The notes below the pieces were generated by a model. It was not told the origin of the DNA and ran no database searches. It saw only the letters and a list, made by a program, of their open reading frames with translations. 64,000 nt of DNA. It comes from Glaucostegus cemiculus. Its lineage: Eukaryota. The stretch covers positions 8,122,001-8,186,000 of the forward strand of contig CDPCPM010000011.1 of the NCBI GenBank assembly GCA_976551045.1, written 5' to 3'. The translations under genes and the position numbers were made by a program. This document shows, one piece after another, positions 25,531-39,960 of this stretch (the first letter of the stretch is position 1; each line of letters begins with the position of its first letter).

Positions 25531-26744
25531 CCGGGGGTTGAGCAATTGTTATATGTAACATCTATTGGATGCTTTCCACAGTATTAGCAGAAGGCCATAA
25601 ATAAATTATGTTTGTAACTAACAATCTCCATTTATGTAGTATTTCAATGTACAAATATCTCAGATGGCACTTTAAAAAGACAAGCTAAACAGCAATTGGC
25701 AAACAATCAGATGCCAAGCAATGGATAAAGCATCTTAATGATACATATTCAATACAACCTTGCATATATTAAATACATACAATCAAGTCTTATATTTTTG
25801 ATGTAAAAATAAACCAGATACTGAAGCACAATCTTAAAACAATATGGAATTGTAAACAAGCAAAACTTAAAAGAAAATACTCCAAAGATCATTACTTCTA
25901 GATATCAAAACCCATATTACTGTATATACAAATACTGTGTAATAATATTGACAAACAAATTACAGATAACTTAAGAAACATTCACCAAAATAAAGTGCTC
26001 ATTGACCACTTCTGGTGATGTTCTTAGAGCTTTGACTTCTACATATTTTATGATTACTGAAGTGAATCAGTCTAGAAAACTCATTGGGCTTGTGTGAGAG
26101 AAGCAGGTTCATGTTTATGTTGGGAACATTAATTGCACTATGATTTGGTGACTATAAAATTATCAACCTCCCATTTTACTACATTTAAGTGTTTAATCCA
26201 CAACCTGCTACATTATTCTATAAATATCTGAATCTTAATTGCAGCTTTGAAAGACACAGATGTTTCTCTTTAACCATGAAAAGATTAGTAATGAACAATA
26301 TCAATTATTAAATATTCCATTTACTACAATGATATGCAAGAACTATTTTGATTTTAGCAACAATTTTTTTTTTATACAATGTAGTAAAATAAATCTGCAT
26401 CTCCAACAGATCAGTAAAACGCTTGGTCTTTGTTTTGCATTAATTTGAAACACTGCTCTAAGGCAAAGGCCAGTTTCCAAAACAATGTTGAGGTGCCCAG
26501 ATATTCAAAAATCAAGAGCATTGACCCTTTGAACTAGCTTAATTTGTAATTCCTTAAATTTATTTTGGTGCCAATAAATTGTTCTAAAATGTTAATTTTC
26601 ACACAAAATTTGACTGTAAGATGCCAGTACACAGTGATACATTGAGAATATAGCTAGGGATACAGGGTGATCCTTGACACTCAATTAATAAAGGTGCATC
26701 CCAATTTAAAACTTCTCGTTACTTAGGTTTTTTTTAAATCCCCA

Positions 26745-26970
26745 CCTATAGATTACAACACTGATTTTCAATTGGCTAATAGTGCACTAAAATGGACTTT
26801 TTTTGTTCTAAATTGTGTTCTTTCTGTTAAAAATTGTGTATAATTTGTTTAATTTATGCTTTTCTTGTGAATATTGCTTATATAATGCTACGTGTCTGTA
26901 ATGTTGCTGCAAGTAAGTTTTTCATTTCACCTGTGCATACAGGTACTTGTGCATATGACAATAAACTCTG
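26745..26970 (+). mobile_element. LINE 3'UTR fragment (Rex1/Babar-like)
   Basis: TGCTGCAAGTAAGTTTTTCATT...GTGCATATGACAATAAACTC ending. Confidence 0.55.
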
Positions 26971-27159
26971 ACACCTGAATGCAGGCTAAGTAGCAGTTAT
27001 CCAGCAGCAACCCCTTTTCTTCTTCGAGTACAACCAAACTATCAGCAGAAATAGCTTCTTTGTTCCTCCTAAAAAGAGCTTTTGTTCACTAGGAAATGAA
27101 ATTCATCATTAGGACAAAATACTACTTTTCTCCCACTCAATTAGTTAGCTGTGACAAAC

Positions 27160-27305
27160 CTTGTCAAAAAAGGTGGGGCGATCCACGGAAGACTCTTTGG
27201 AAATAGAAGGTGGTCGGCAGCCAAGTGGTTTAGAAACGATTCCATTGTAATCTGACATTCCCATTCCACGTTTGTCCATCTCCACTTTCTTTTCCAACAG
27301 AGCAC
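27160..27305 (-). CDS. TNRC6C: TNRC6C exon (146 nt, phase 1-0): GALLEKKVEMDKRG...SVDRPTFFDK
   Basis: TTTTCCAG|GT ... AAG|GTTTGT. Matches human ALLEKKVDVDKRG...DRPTFLDK. Confidence 0.95.
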
Positions 27306-27714
27306 CTGGAAAAGGGGAAAATCCATCTTAACATAAAACAAAAAGGAAAAGGAAAAAAAAACAGAAGACAAACATTAACTTCAACTGAAGATACAGGCTA
27401 GTGAGTGTAGGTAAAGTGCAAGAGTATTTACATAAAGCATAGTACACATGGTAAGAAGCACTTGAAAGGAACAAGTTGAAGTTCTACAAATAATCCACTA
27501 TACAGCAACATGCCAGTTAATGCCAGTTCATTGCTGAGCTATAGAGGAAAAGGATTAGAAATCTCTCAAAATTAAAAAGTAGGAAAGAAAAAACAAATCT
27601 ACGAAAAGATCAGCTGATAACGGGAGAAAGAAATAACTGGTATTTAAATATGTTACAAATTTTTGAGGAAGGTGAAAATAGAACTGTATGACTACTAAGG
27701 AATAACTGACAAGT

Positions 27715-28500
27715 AGTAACTGGAACACGAGATGTGGCATAACTTTGGATTCAAAACTGGCTTTGCTATAGAAGGCAGTAGTTGTTGGTAGAGAGCTAGT
27801 TTTGTGATTGGATGCCTGTGACTAGTCTTCAAAATGGATCAGTGCTGGGACCCTTGCCATTTGTAATATACTTTACATGAATGATTTGGACGTGGATGCA
27901 GGAGGCACAACCAGCAAGTTTGCAGGTGACATAAAGACTGGTGGAGTTGTTGACAGTATGGAGGATGGTCTTAGGCTATAATTGATGCTCCAAGTGTACA
28001 AAACATTAGTCAGCTGGGGTACTGTGCACAGCTCTGGTTACCACATTATAGGAAAGATGTGATAGCACTGGAGAGGGTGCAGAGGAAATTCACCAGGAGG
28101 CTGCCTGGGATGGAGCATTTTAATTATGACAGATTGGAGAGGCTAGGTCGGTTTTCCCTGGAGAGAGAGGTTAAGAGGTGACATTATACAAAATTATGAG
28201 AGGTATAGATAGGATCAACTGCAGGAATCTTTTCCCCTTAGAGGACATATATTCAGCTTAAGGAGCAAGAGATTCAGAGGGGATATGAGGGGGACACTTT
28301 TCACCCAGAGAATGGCAAGTACCTGGAATGCATTGCCAGAGAGAGTGGTGGAAGCAGAGTCACTGACAGCATTTAAGACCTATATAGATGAGTACCTAAT
28401 GGCTTGGTCTTTGAAGGCTACAGGGATTAATATGGATGGGTGTCCAATAGTTTATGTGAACATGGTGACCTGAATGGATTGTTTCCATGCTGTATGACCA
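27715..28500 (+). mobile_element. Decayed CR1 LINE 3' fragment
   Basis: GGATCAGTGCTGGGACC (GSVLGP), AGCAAGTTTGCAGGTGACA (SKFA.D), LERVQRKFTR, 3' tail GTTTCCATGCTGTATGAC. Confidence 0.85.
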
Positions 28501-31065
28501 ACAACTTCTGCAAATTTCAAACACTGTAGACAAGACTTCATTTAAAGGTTGTAGTACCCCAAGCCAAAAGGAGGTCTTATATGGTATGCATTCCAGAATT
28601 ATGGGCATGGTTTGGAAGACAGCATATTTTGCAATTTTACCCAAGTAGCAAATGTCATAATCCGGAAAGCAAAAACAAGAAACATAGAATAATTAAGTAT
28701 TCTACTTCAGTTATAGAATTCCAACTATGGATGGAAATTATAACTTAGAAAGGCAGTGATAAATCAACATTAAAATTGACTAGCAAAGAAAATATCAGTT
28801 TGGATTAAATGCTTTGAGAAATCCAAAGCTGTGCAGACAACACTGTTATGGATGATGCAATAACAGATTTCCAGAAATCATTTGATAAATTATATCATGA
28901 GAAACATGCTGGAAAAAGCCATGCAGTGTGAGATAGTTAAATTACTATTCCATTCTGGAAAGTACTTCAATGGCTGTAAAATCCTTTGGCATACCTTGGG
29001 AATGAATAGCGCTATACAAATGCGATATTTTTGTTATTACAATGGGATCCTTCACAAGTTAAGCTAAAAGCAAAGTGCAACTTCAACATCTCATGACATT
29101 GTCAAGACTATAGCGGAATATCAGCCTAATTTTAACTTCAAACCTTTGGCAAGAGATTTGAACCCATAACCAACTTCTGACTGAGTTTACTATAATGGAG
29201 CTAACATGACATTCTGTCATACAGACCTGATCTCATTATCTTTCATTAATTTGCTCATTTCTGAAGCTAAAATTATGCTCAATAAATGTTCCAGATTTTG
29301 TAGGGAAAGGAATGAATCTACTGTTTTTTTCTCTACAAGTTTCAGAAAGTTTGGGATTCCTTTGTACATCCGCACTAATGTAAATACAGGAGTCCCAAAA
29401 TCCCTGGCAACTGTTTGGCAGCTTTTTCCTGACTGCCCTCATGGTTAGACATGCTGCAGGTAAGAAAGCCTTCATTCATTTGAATGAAGATTAACCAAAG
29501 GGGATTAAGATAAATTATAGTTAATTTACATGCAATTATTTTTAAGCATATTTGAGCATATTTTTAAAACCTTTTTTTTTTAGTATTTTAAATATTTCTT
29601 TGGAGTTTTGAATGTTCCCAAATGCCAGAAATATTTACTACTTTAAAAGCTGGCTAAGCCAGCAGGCATGACTGAGCCAGAAGTCAAGTTTATTTCGGCA
29701 TTTGTGTGGGTGGGCATTGTTCTTTCCACCACCCATTTGGGACGATCAGCAGCAAGTATGGGTGGGTTACTTCCAAGGGCAAATACTGGCACATTAATTT
29801 TATTTACATCTTCCAGATGCCTCTATTTTAACATCGACATCCAGTAGGAAAAGCAAAAACACCCCCAAATGGAATATACTTGTGCTTCAGTGAGCTTTTT
29901 CAGAACTCAAAGCTGCATTGCTACTAAGATTACAAGTACGAGCATTAACGTGGACAGAAATGGTGTGCCACACAGAAATCCAAGTCCAAAACGGCCACAT
30001 TTTAAATTACTTTTTCCCCAAAACCTTTGCTCCACTGTGGGTTGTACTTCCACACTAATGGAGGGAGAGAGTAGCTAAGCTGAGCCCAGCAAGGCCATAT
30101 TGTAATTTTGCTTTTAGGAGCAGTAGACTGCTGACCTACTTCAACCAGAGAACATTTTAGGATTATACAAAGCATGAATGATAATTAAATCAAGGAACAG
30201 AAGTATGTGGAAATCACACCAGGGATTCAGGCCATTCAGCCCAATTACTTTATATTAGTATTTGTTCTCCATACAAGCAAATTTCCTTGCACTTTTCTAT
30301 ATCCTTTTACTTCATTAAATCTAACCAACAGCAGTTGATTAGATTCTGCCATCGTATGAAATGAGGGTAATGTCCAAAATAAAAGAACAAGTAAGAGCCA
30401 AAAGCTGTTTACCTCCAAACAAAATCGGAAATTTGACAAGTGGGAAGGCCGAAAGGCTACTACACAGATGAAACAGGGAAGAAAACTGGACGTCAAATAG
30501 TGTGTTGAACAGGGCTTGTCAAAAGGTTAAAGAGATGATGGTAAATTGATTTTAAACACTGAACCAGACTGTAAAATAAGTTATCTACTTGAGTACTCCC
30601 CCCAACCCACCATGAAAAAGGGGTACGACAACTGAAATTGAAAGTAAAGTCACAAATAAAGACGAGGACAACCACTGTCTGGGCAGCAGGATAATGAGAT
30701 TAGACCCAAGGTCACCATTGTTGTTTTTATCTTCTTTCACTGAGGTAACCAAGTTGCATGACTGCTACTTTAATCGTTTTTTGAAATCTTATGAAACAGG
30801 AGAAAAATTCAAGCACTAAAGCCTTCAAGGGAACAAGATTAAGAGCAGAAGGTATGATCCAAGGTCAGTCTAATGTTCATATATAGTACTGGCATGTTGT
30901 GAAACATGCAGAATTCAAGGCTCCCCAAGGATAATCATACACCTATCAACAAGGCTTTAAACCAGCTATTTTATTATTTTAAACAGAAAGCAAGATGTCA
31001 AATGACTCTTACTGCTTAGGAATCTCATTAAGAATGAATGCCAAGTCCACATCTTTCAGACTTAC

Positions 31066-31123
31066 CCATAGCCTGATCAAGATTCAGGTTATTACATTTC
31101 AGAGCCTCTTCTGCTGGTTCTCT
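31066..31123 (-). CDS. TNRC6C: TNRC6C exon (58 nt, phase 0-1): REPAEEALKCNNLNLDQAM, UBA
   Basis: TTCACAG|AGA ... ATGG|GTAAGT. Absent from the ORF track; found by translating by hand. Confidence 0.95.
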
Positions 31124-32150
31124 CTGTGAATGATTATTATATGCCATATTTAATTGTTTGCATGACAGATGTCAAAAACAAAATTAGCTTCATTACAGAG
31201 GACAACATTCTTAAAAATGTGATGAAAGATACAAGATTTATGCTGACAAGTAAGTGTAAACTGATGAGCATTCAGAAAGATTGATTTGTTCACAAAAACA
31301 TTATTTCCAAGAAAATACATTTACCCTGAATGTGCTAACAGCATATCTGCATGCAGTGCTGGCAAAGACTACCAAGATGCTATCTGATCAAGATATAGAG
31401 TTTGAATTTCAAAATCCTATGCTTTTGATATGTTGTCAACTACTACTCCACAACCACACTGAACATTAAGCAAACTGGGTTATATACGATGCATGATAAT
31501 CCAACTAAACAAATGCACTACCAATAGTGCACTCAATTCCAAAAAAAAATTACTGAAGGCAGTATGAAAAGTTACTCTCCACAAAGAACTGGATTATTTC
31601 AAAGTTGTGGCACAGATGGCTATAGTACAAATTATTTCTGCCTTTATTTCAATTCAATAACTTGATCAGAATCCATGAAATAAGCAATATCCAGTTTTTA
31701 AAATGAAATGGTGAGAGAATTTAAAGCAATGGGAAAAGGCCATTACGAAACATACAGTATCTTACAAGATTTCATTTCTGAAGAAATTTACTAAATTTCT
31801 GTGGTTTTGCTGTAAATCCTGCTAACTCCACAAATTTATCATGTTGGGTTTAAAAAATTGAATGTGACTTCTCTCCAGTTACAACTGACTAACTTTAACA
31901 CTGCCACTATGGTATTCAACTTATCACCAGTTTAGCTGCAATAATTCTCTACTGCACAAAATGCTCCATTTAACATATATTCCCACCATATTAATAATCC
32001 AAAATCTAGTGAATCTGATGCCTACTGATAGTTAGCTAATATCTTATAACTGATGGATACTACCCAAATTGCAAATTCTATCAGATCACAAGAAACTATT
32101 GAGCATGTACTTATAGAGGAATCCAAGAGATTTAGCAAAAGGGTACTTAC

Positions 32151-32231
32151 AGGAAAACCCATATCAGTCAATTGTTTTATCAGGCGATTCATAAGCCAAG
32201 TCTCTTCTTGCTTACTGGATGCTTTTATACC
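32151..32231 (-). CDS. TNRC6C: TNRC6C exon (81 nt, phase 0-0): GIKASSKQEETWLMNRLIKQLTDMGFP, UBA start
   Basis: TTTTGAAG|GGT ... CCT|GTAAGT. MGF loop of the UBA domain. Confidence 0.95.
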
Positions 32232-32361
32232 CTTCAAAAGGGAAGCAGACATCTTATTCAGAAGCTTTTAAACATTACAAATGGCAATCAAACTCTGCTG
32301 CCCCTTCCACAACAAAATACCACTTTTTGCAAACCACCCAAATGTAAAGAGAGGGAAGTAC

Positions 32362-32549
32362 CTTCTGATGCACTTTCTTGCTAGCATTGTTCCAGCCTGA
32401 AGAATTACAAGAAGAGTTGCTCTCCTGAGAAGCTACATTATTCCACATTCCCATCTCTCCCTCATCTTCTTCCCAGTTAGAATGATGGCTACTACTGAGG
32501 GTAATTTCGTCTCCACCGCTGACCCAACCTTCTTGCATAGTTTTAGAAG
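32362..32549 (-). CDS. TNRC6C: TNRC6C exon (188 nt, phase 1-0): ASKTMQEGWVSGGDE...KKVHQK
   Basis: ATCCAG|CT ... AAG|GTACTT. Matches human ASKSMQEGWGSGGDE. Confidence 0.93.
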
Positions 32550-33989
32550 CTGGATGATAAATAGATAGATTTCAAATCATGCTGGAGTAAGACACCAATA
32601 ATCCTTAAAGAAAGTGGTGGTTAAGTTTGTCATCTGTTTATAAACAAGCATCCTTGTTGTACTAAGTGAATTCAAAGATAGCATCATTTTATTTTGGAAC
32701 TTTACGCTACATGCTTTACAAGAACAACTATACCCCATTGGTTTTCATAATTCTGGAAGTTAATTTACATTTATATACAAATTTCTTATGACCAGTTACA
32801 ACATGCTTGGGTAACAGCCAAATCTATGTTTAAGAAGTAGCTGTAGAAATGGAAATGAAGCAGAATTTACAGAATTCATTCTTAAAATTCTTGACATTTT
32901 ATTTCAAATGCAAATTTTGTAAACATTGAGAGCCCTCCAAAATGGCAAGGAGACTTGGATAAAACAAAGACAGAAACTGGCTCTAATACTTAAAATAATT
33001 TTTTTCCCTAAACTCTCACATCCACCAAAGTGACTTGCAATGGTGGTTGGTGGCAGGGATGGATTAGGGCTGGTGGCTAGGCTACGAAATCACACCACCC
33101 CCAAAATAAAAGAATACAGCTGAGAACCATAAGAAACCTCACTAAGCATTTTTTTTATGCCTTCACATCAATCACCTGACAACACTGCACACAAATAAAC
33201 TCCAAGTAAAACTGAGCATGCTGGCAAATGGGTTTGCCTGACTGACGGCCAGGAATTCAAGAGTCGCACTGTTGGCTAATAAGGGGCATGAAGTGCTGAA
33301 GAGTCATGGACAGATGGTTATTTTGGTTAGCCTCACCATTTCAGTGTTTCAGGAATTTGGAAACAATTGCATCTAAGTATTTGATCATCACTTATTTATG
33401 CAACATTATGTTCCAGTTTCTGTCAAAATGTTTTTACTTTAACATGTTAATTGGCACAGTTTCACTTGCAGCCCATTCTATCTACCCATTATTGCTTTCT
33501 AAACTCACTTCAGATTAAGGTTGCTCTTTTCTCACTATAACAACCTAACTGCTTGGATCTATACTATCATTATCCTCAGAATTTTAAAATCTTGTTCAAT
33601 GCACTTTTCATTCTTAAAGAAATCTATCCTCTGATAGGCTTTCAGATTATTCATTCTCCTCTTGAAAATTAGTATACAGACTAACAGCACTCCATTTATG
33701 AAAACAACATGCAATGTCATATATTGAGTTTTGAAATTGCTTTTGCACTTATTCACTAATTAAATCACTGTATGTTAAATCGAAATTGCCTCAATATGCC
33801 TATTGTTGTAACCTCGAGGGTTACAATATGTTAAACAAATATCCTGTTTTTCAGGTCAAACTTAAGATAATTTTGTCCACTTGCAAAGCTCTTAACATTT
33901 TGAAATACAACCCTTCAATTCATAGCATGATCACAGTATAAATCACATGATAATTGTTCCCAAAGCACAACAGTGATGTGGGGCATTTA

Positions 33990-34172
33990 AAATAAAATGA
34001 CAAATGCCAGAAATATTCAGCAGGTCATGCAGATTCTATGGAGAGAGGATTGGTGGTAATGTTTCAGGTCAATGACCTCATCAGAAAAGTCAGTTTGATG
34101 AAATGTCACTGACCTGACACAAATATGTTTCTCTCTGTCAAGATGTTGCTTGACCTGCTGAATATCTTGTTT
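33990..34172. repeat. Palindromic element made of two inverted Penelope pLTR fragments
   Basis: Perfect 15-bp inverted arms at 34013-34027 and 34151-34165, plus inner imperfect arms. Confidence 0.75.
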
Positions 34173-35045
34173 TACCACGTGAACATTTTTGTTAGCCTAT
34201 TATCTTTTCATGTGCCTTTTGAAATGATGTGTATCTTAAAGCTAACTTGAACCCTGAAGTTCATTCATTTCCAATTTTAATATGTGAAACAAATACAGGA
34301 CACAATGAAGACAAAATTTATAATCTTAAAGGGAAAATTAGTCTGCAAACAATTATAATACAACTTCTAAATAATGAAGATCCCAATTAATGTTGCAAAA
34401 CACTACAACAAAACACTTGTATTATTTATTTTTCATTATACCTGGGTATTTAAAGTAGTCAAAGTATCTTATTTATCATTAATGATCAGAATACATTTCT
34501 GACACACAGATGATCAAACTATGCTTTATTTTCAGCAGCTTAATTTCTCCCAATATAGTAGCTTTCCTTCTCAACATTAAAGATGAAGTCCTCAGAAAGT
34601 TAATGAAAGATTTTTTTTAAAATTCACATGTCAACCAGGGTGGAAAGATACCTAAAGAATGGCTATGTCACCAAATAACTTTTCAAGGAGCAATAGGCCT
34701 CGAATCAATTTTATTAATTCAAGGTAATATTAGCGTTTTGGCATTGTAAATTCAATTAGCAACTTAAACTTTAAATTACTCCTACAAGTTTGAACTTTAT
34801 CGTATAATGCACAGCCATGATATTCATGTTAGTATACAAAATGCAACTCGTTTCATTTTGCAATATCCAATTCACAAACTATGACTATACATAATATTGT
34901 TGAAACCCATTGCCTACACAGAGAAACTTCACCAGGATAAAGCTGCTGTTGAAATGAGATGTATTTTGGTGAAGTATTAAAATTTAGTACCAAAGCATTT
35001 AAGATCACACTTGCAGAATAAAAAACCTTGCTCTCATTTTGTTAC

Positions 35046-35252
35046 CTGGTTTGCACATTGCCGGGGCAGCAGCGGGAGCATTCCCTCTTCCAAAGTTCCC
35101 CGTAGATTCCACAGTATTATCTCCCCACCCTGAACTGCCATTGGGAGGTTTGCCCCATGCTGAAGTCCCATTATCGACTGCAGTAGATGGAGAAGGTGGC
35201 TCGCCCCAGGAGTTCTCAGTCTTGGTAGGAACACTGAGTGTTTCTCCCCAAC
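35046..35252 (-). CDS. TNRC6C: TNRC6C exon (207 nt, phase 1-1): GWGETL...VDNGTSAWGKPP...MCKP, Ago-hook
   Basis: TTTTCACAG|GT ... CCAG|GTAAC. DNGTSAWGKP Ago-binding motif. Confidence 0.95.
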
Positions 35253-38200
35253 CTGTGAAAATTAAGCTCTTTATCTAATGAATATGAACAACCTTATGCA
35301 TTGAAAGTTCTCTCATTTGAATAATTTCTAATTATAATAAGTGTGTTATAACTTTAATATACTTGACACATCTCTAACAACTCTTCCAATGAATTGATTT
35401 TCTTTAAATGTGGAAATGGTGGTCATTTGCATTGTTAACATAGCTACAAATATCAAACTATAAGCAACAAAAATCTAATTTCAGGAGAATTCCAACACCC
35501 CCCCCCCCCCCCAAATTATTTTCCTGCACCCATTTTCTCCTTTTATATCCTTTCCAATGTTTTCTGTGACTAGTCGGAAACAGTATACAGTCCATCTTGA
35601 TTTTCATCGTCTGTTATTCCGGAAGAATCTTGCCTTGTTAGAATTACATCTGATTAAAAGTTACCCTTTCAGCTGTTTTAAGTAACACATGTCAATTATC
35701 CATCTCATTTCTAACAGACGTAATTGATATGGAAAGACAACAATCAGGTGAAACCTCCATTGCCAGAAAATAATAGTGCAAGATTCTTAGAGATCGAGAG
35801 CTTTTAGCTACATACAAACTTTTGCATATCAACTGATCTAGCCAAAGTAATATAGGATTTTAACTTGACATTCTTCTGATGACCAGACTCCAAAACAAAT
35901 AGTGGTCTAGAAATATATTAACACAAGATTGACCAAAGAGGTCACATTAAAGTTAATACTACAATGTCTGAAAATAGAAGGCAATTGATTAAATGTTTAA
36001 AAACTCGACTGGATAAATCTTGCCAAGTTTTGAAAGTGGTTTAAATCACTACTTTAACGTCACTTAAATGGCTGTGAAGTTCTGGACTTGCTTGCAGATG
36101 CTGAGCAATGTGGAAGCTTGGGATATGGATGGATTTGGAAGGCAAAAATTATCAGTTTCCTTTACCATTGCACTGTTCAAGATACCCAGCAGTACAACCC
36201 AGTTTTCCTGGATTTTCTCAGAAACACCTCCTAAACCCCACACTTGGCTAGTCCTGGCAAATAATCTTTGACCCCTTTGGGAATTGCAGATCAATTACTG
36301 AAACTAAAGCAAAATAATTTTTAAAATCTTGATTTTGTTGCATATACATTATTTTGAAATGGTTTACTTGAATTTTGATAATTTTGAAATGTCTCCAAAT
36401 GTCAGGAATACTTAAAAACATGCCCAATTGGCTTCAGCTTTGTCAGCATCAGAGACTATAATGGCACTTCAGGAACTGGGCTGAGCCTGAGGCCCAGCTG
36501 CTGCTCAGATTACTTAACTGAACTTGGAAACAGAGAGCCAATGATGCACTAAGTGTTGATTCCAAGAAAGGTCCAGCGTGATCCAGTATAATATTTTAAG
36601 CATTTGTACTGCATTTTAAAATTTTAACATGAGGCTGAATTACTATATATTAAGTTTCAAAGATTATAATCTAATCTTTCATCTTTTCAATTTAAGATGT
36701 ACATTGATTTCTTAAAATTTGCCAAACATTTAAATTAAGCAGAACATCGACTACTTTACTACAGCACATTCAAGTAGGCAACCACCAGGGGGCAAAAGAT
36801 CTCATCATGAATGTAGCCATATTAGAATGTTATTTCAAATGACATTTTTTGCCTCATCTTAGATTATCAGACACACTTATCTGATATGAATATCATTTGA
36901 TAGTTTTTATTCTATTGTGAATTAGTCGTTTCTTTCCCCCCCGCTGTATTTAACTATTTAACCTTCTGCCATTTTCTTGTTCGTGACAATTTACAATTTT
37001 CACAATTAAGTTGCCAGTCATGTCTTTCAAGAGACACATTGCTCTAATTTCCATGGAATTTTGAAGAGAATGGCGCATACTTTTATTTGCCAATGCATCA
37101 ATATATTGTGCAGTGCCAATATGCACACACGAATGTAACGTGCACAAGGAATATACATTCCTGGAACTTAGATACAAGTCCCTATTTACTCTGACTACAT
37201 ATTTCATTGTCAAATCAACCAACAAAATTGCTAAATATTTTATATAAAATAAGCTTATATTAAAAATACAAATTTAAAGGTGCATTATGTACTATCCAAA
37301 AGGAAATGGATGGTTTTAACTTTCAAGGACAATGATTTTATTCAAAAATACTGTGCAAGTCATTTTTACTTGTGCCCATTGCACAAAGGTATGGATCATT
37401 ATAATAATTGCAAGTCCAGATTTTAGAAAATAAAGGCAATGCTTAGATTTATAGGCACATTACAAAAGAATGTTGTTCTACCCTGCAGGAAATGTTTTTT
37501 TTGAAAGCTAGAAAGAGCAATAAACATAGATTATCTCTGCAATGAATAATTACAAGTATAATTTATGACTCAAAGTAAAGCAAAAATCATAACACCTTCA
37601 GTGTCCAGGCTGTTTTTTTTTGAATGACAGTCACCATCTCATCATTAGTAATCATGGTTACATTTTAGAACTTGGTGTTGCAGATGATTCAGTTAACTTA
37701 TCTTGGTGAATTTCAAAACAATTCCATTCTGTAATAGACACTCAATATTGTCCTATTACATCAAAATAACTTCTTGACAAGTAGCTAGATCCTCTTTTAT
37801 CAAATTGCCTATTTATCTTGCATAAATTGATAAAAGTAAACAATTAAAAATGGTACATTTATAGGAAAAAAGGACAGATGATCTGAACTCTAATTCAGAT
37901 CCATGCTCATTAACGATGCTCTTTTTAGAATTGGTAATAAATGTACAAGCCTAATTGGTGTAAGTGCATGCAAATCCAAGTGCTAAGTATTCAGCAGTAA
38001 TTGAGCAAATGATATGCAAATAGTTATCATTAAACAAGTTACTTGTTAATCATAGACAGTAAGCATTAGAAATTAGTCATGAAAACCATTAATTATTGCT
38101 ATTGACTTTTGCTTCTGGAATTCTATTTTAACAATAAATTACATAGGATGAAAGATAATGATTTTTCCCTTAAGACCAACAATATTCTCACTTCAAAAAT

Positions 38201-39704
38201 TAGGGACTGTAACGCTTTGGAATTCATATGAATCCTTTCATACTGTGCCATTAATATACTCAATATAATTTGTTAAATAATATAATGCACAAGGCACAAG
38301 TCATAATGCAACTATTAATTATAAAAGTCAATTCTTCCTAATCTTCAATGATGCAAAACATACTACTTAAAAAGGGTAATTTTGCTTGATTTAAAAAAAA
38401 GTAACTAAAGCTACATAAAACATCAAACAACCATAAGTATATCTATTATTCAATCAATGACAGGAAGGTAGATCCATGGCAATGTGAATCTTAATTTTGA
38501 ATCTTAACAAAATACACCTCAAATACAGAGGTTCTTTGACATCTAGGGACCCACATCTTGCATATTGTTGTCTTTATCCAACTTCCTTGACACCTTGAAT
38601 TTTATTCTATATTAAAACACCCTAAAATATCTAAGTTTTGAATATCCAAGTTAACAGAATGGAATGCATAGAGGCAAAAATATTTTTTTTAAAAATCAGC
38701 CAAGAGTTCACAAAGAGTACAGTGGAAACATTTAGAATACCACTGCTACATTCAATGGCAGCACAATTGTGGTACTTGGATTTTATCAGTTTTTGATTTT
38801 GACTTACAAATGATTTCTGAACTAGAGTTAGTAATTTGCAATATTTATGCACTTGATAAAAGAAAATGGGCAGAGAAAAGTTATTTCTTGAGAATCATTT
38901 CTGGAGCAAAACTAATTTTGCATACATGGAAACAGTGATGATTTGATATCAACCTAGGTACTGAGAGGCCAGAATGCATTTGTATTTTGGACTGAAATTC
39001 TATCATGTCATTCTCCATTCTCCACCCACCCCGCACCGCCCCCCCCCCCCCGCCCCAATTGTGTCATTTTGTATATTCACCATCAGAAGTCCTTCTGCTG
39101 TCTGAGATTAAAACCCAGGGCACAATGGGGTGCAGTATTGTACTTCTGTGTCACATAATGTCAATATATAGCACAATAGCAAAATAATGCAGCTGCTGAA
39201 AGTCAGAAATGAAAATGCTACAAATACTTAGGAAGACAGAGTTGGCATTGACTTGAAACATTAATGTTAAATCAATATATCAGTAAATCCTTCATTAAAA
39301 TCTCTAATGAAAGATTTACAGTATAAAGCTGGGCGCACAGAGTTGGGAGGATGCCACAAATAGGCTTCAAGGGAAAACAGACAGGCTATGTGAATGAACA
39401 ACAAAACATGGCTGATGGAAAATAATGCAGAGAAATGCAAGGATGTGTGTACAGGAGTAAGGATACACTTTTCTGCAATTACACTGGGCCCACGTAAAAC
39501 CACATCTAGAATAAGTCCAATTTCCCACCCCCCAAGGGACAACATGCTTGCAAGGAGGAGTGCCGGAAAGGTTCTACACACCGTTCCTTGGGATGTGGTT
39601 GGGGGTGGGGGGAGGAAGCAGGGAGGAAAAGGATTGCACTGTAAGAGATTATGAAGTCTGGGGTGATTGCAGGGAGGGAGAGAGGTGATCAATGTCTCAA
39701 AATA

Positions 39705-39960
39705 AATGGGTCAGGTGTGCGGAACTGAAATGAGAAGAAATTTCTTCACTTAAAGGTAGTGACTTCTTAGAATGCTCGACCCAAAAGGGTTGTGGAGGAT
39801 TAGTCACTGAGTACATTCAAGGCAAAAGTAGATAGATTTTTAGATACTACAGGGATCAAGGAATATCAGACTAGTACAGGAAATTGTCAGAGGCAGATGA
39901 TCAACCACAATCTGATTTAATGGTGGAAGTGGTCAAATAGCTGTCTCCTGCTATTTATGT
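39705..39960 (+). mobile_element. CR1 LINE 3' end fragment
   Basis: ACTGAAATGAGAAGAAATTTCTTCACT...AGTCACTGAGTACATTCAAGGC...GATAGATTTTT. Confidence 0.7.

Noticed and set aside
35498-35512. Poly-C runs (also 19373-19391 and 39039-39056), possible G-quadruplexes on the sense strand
   Set aside because: Simple homopolymers, partly within repeats; no further support.
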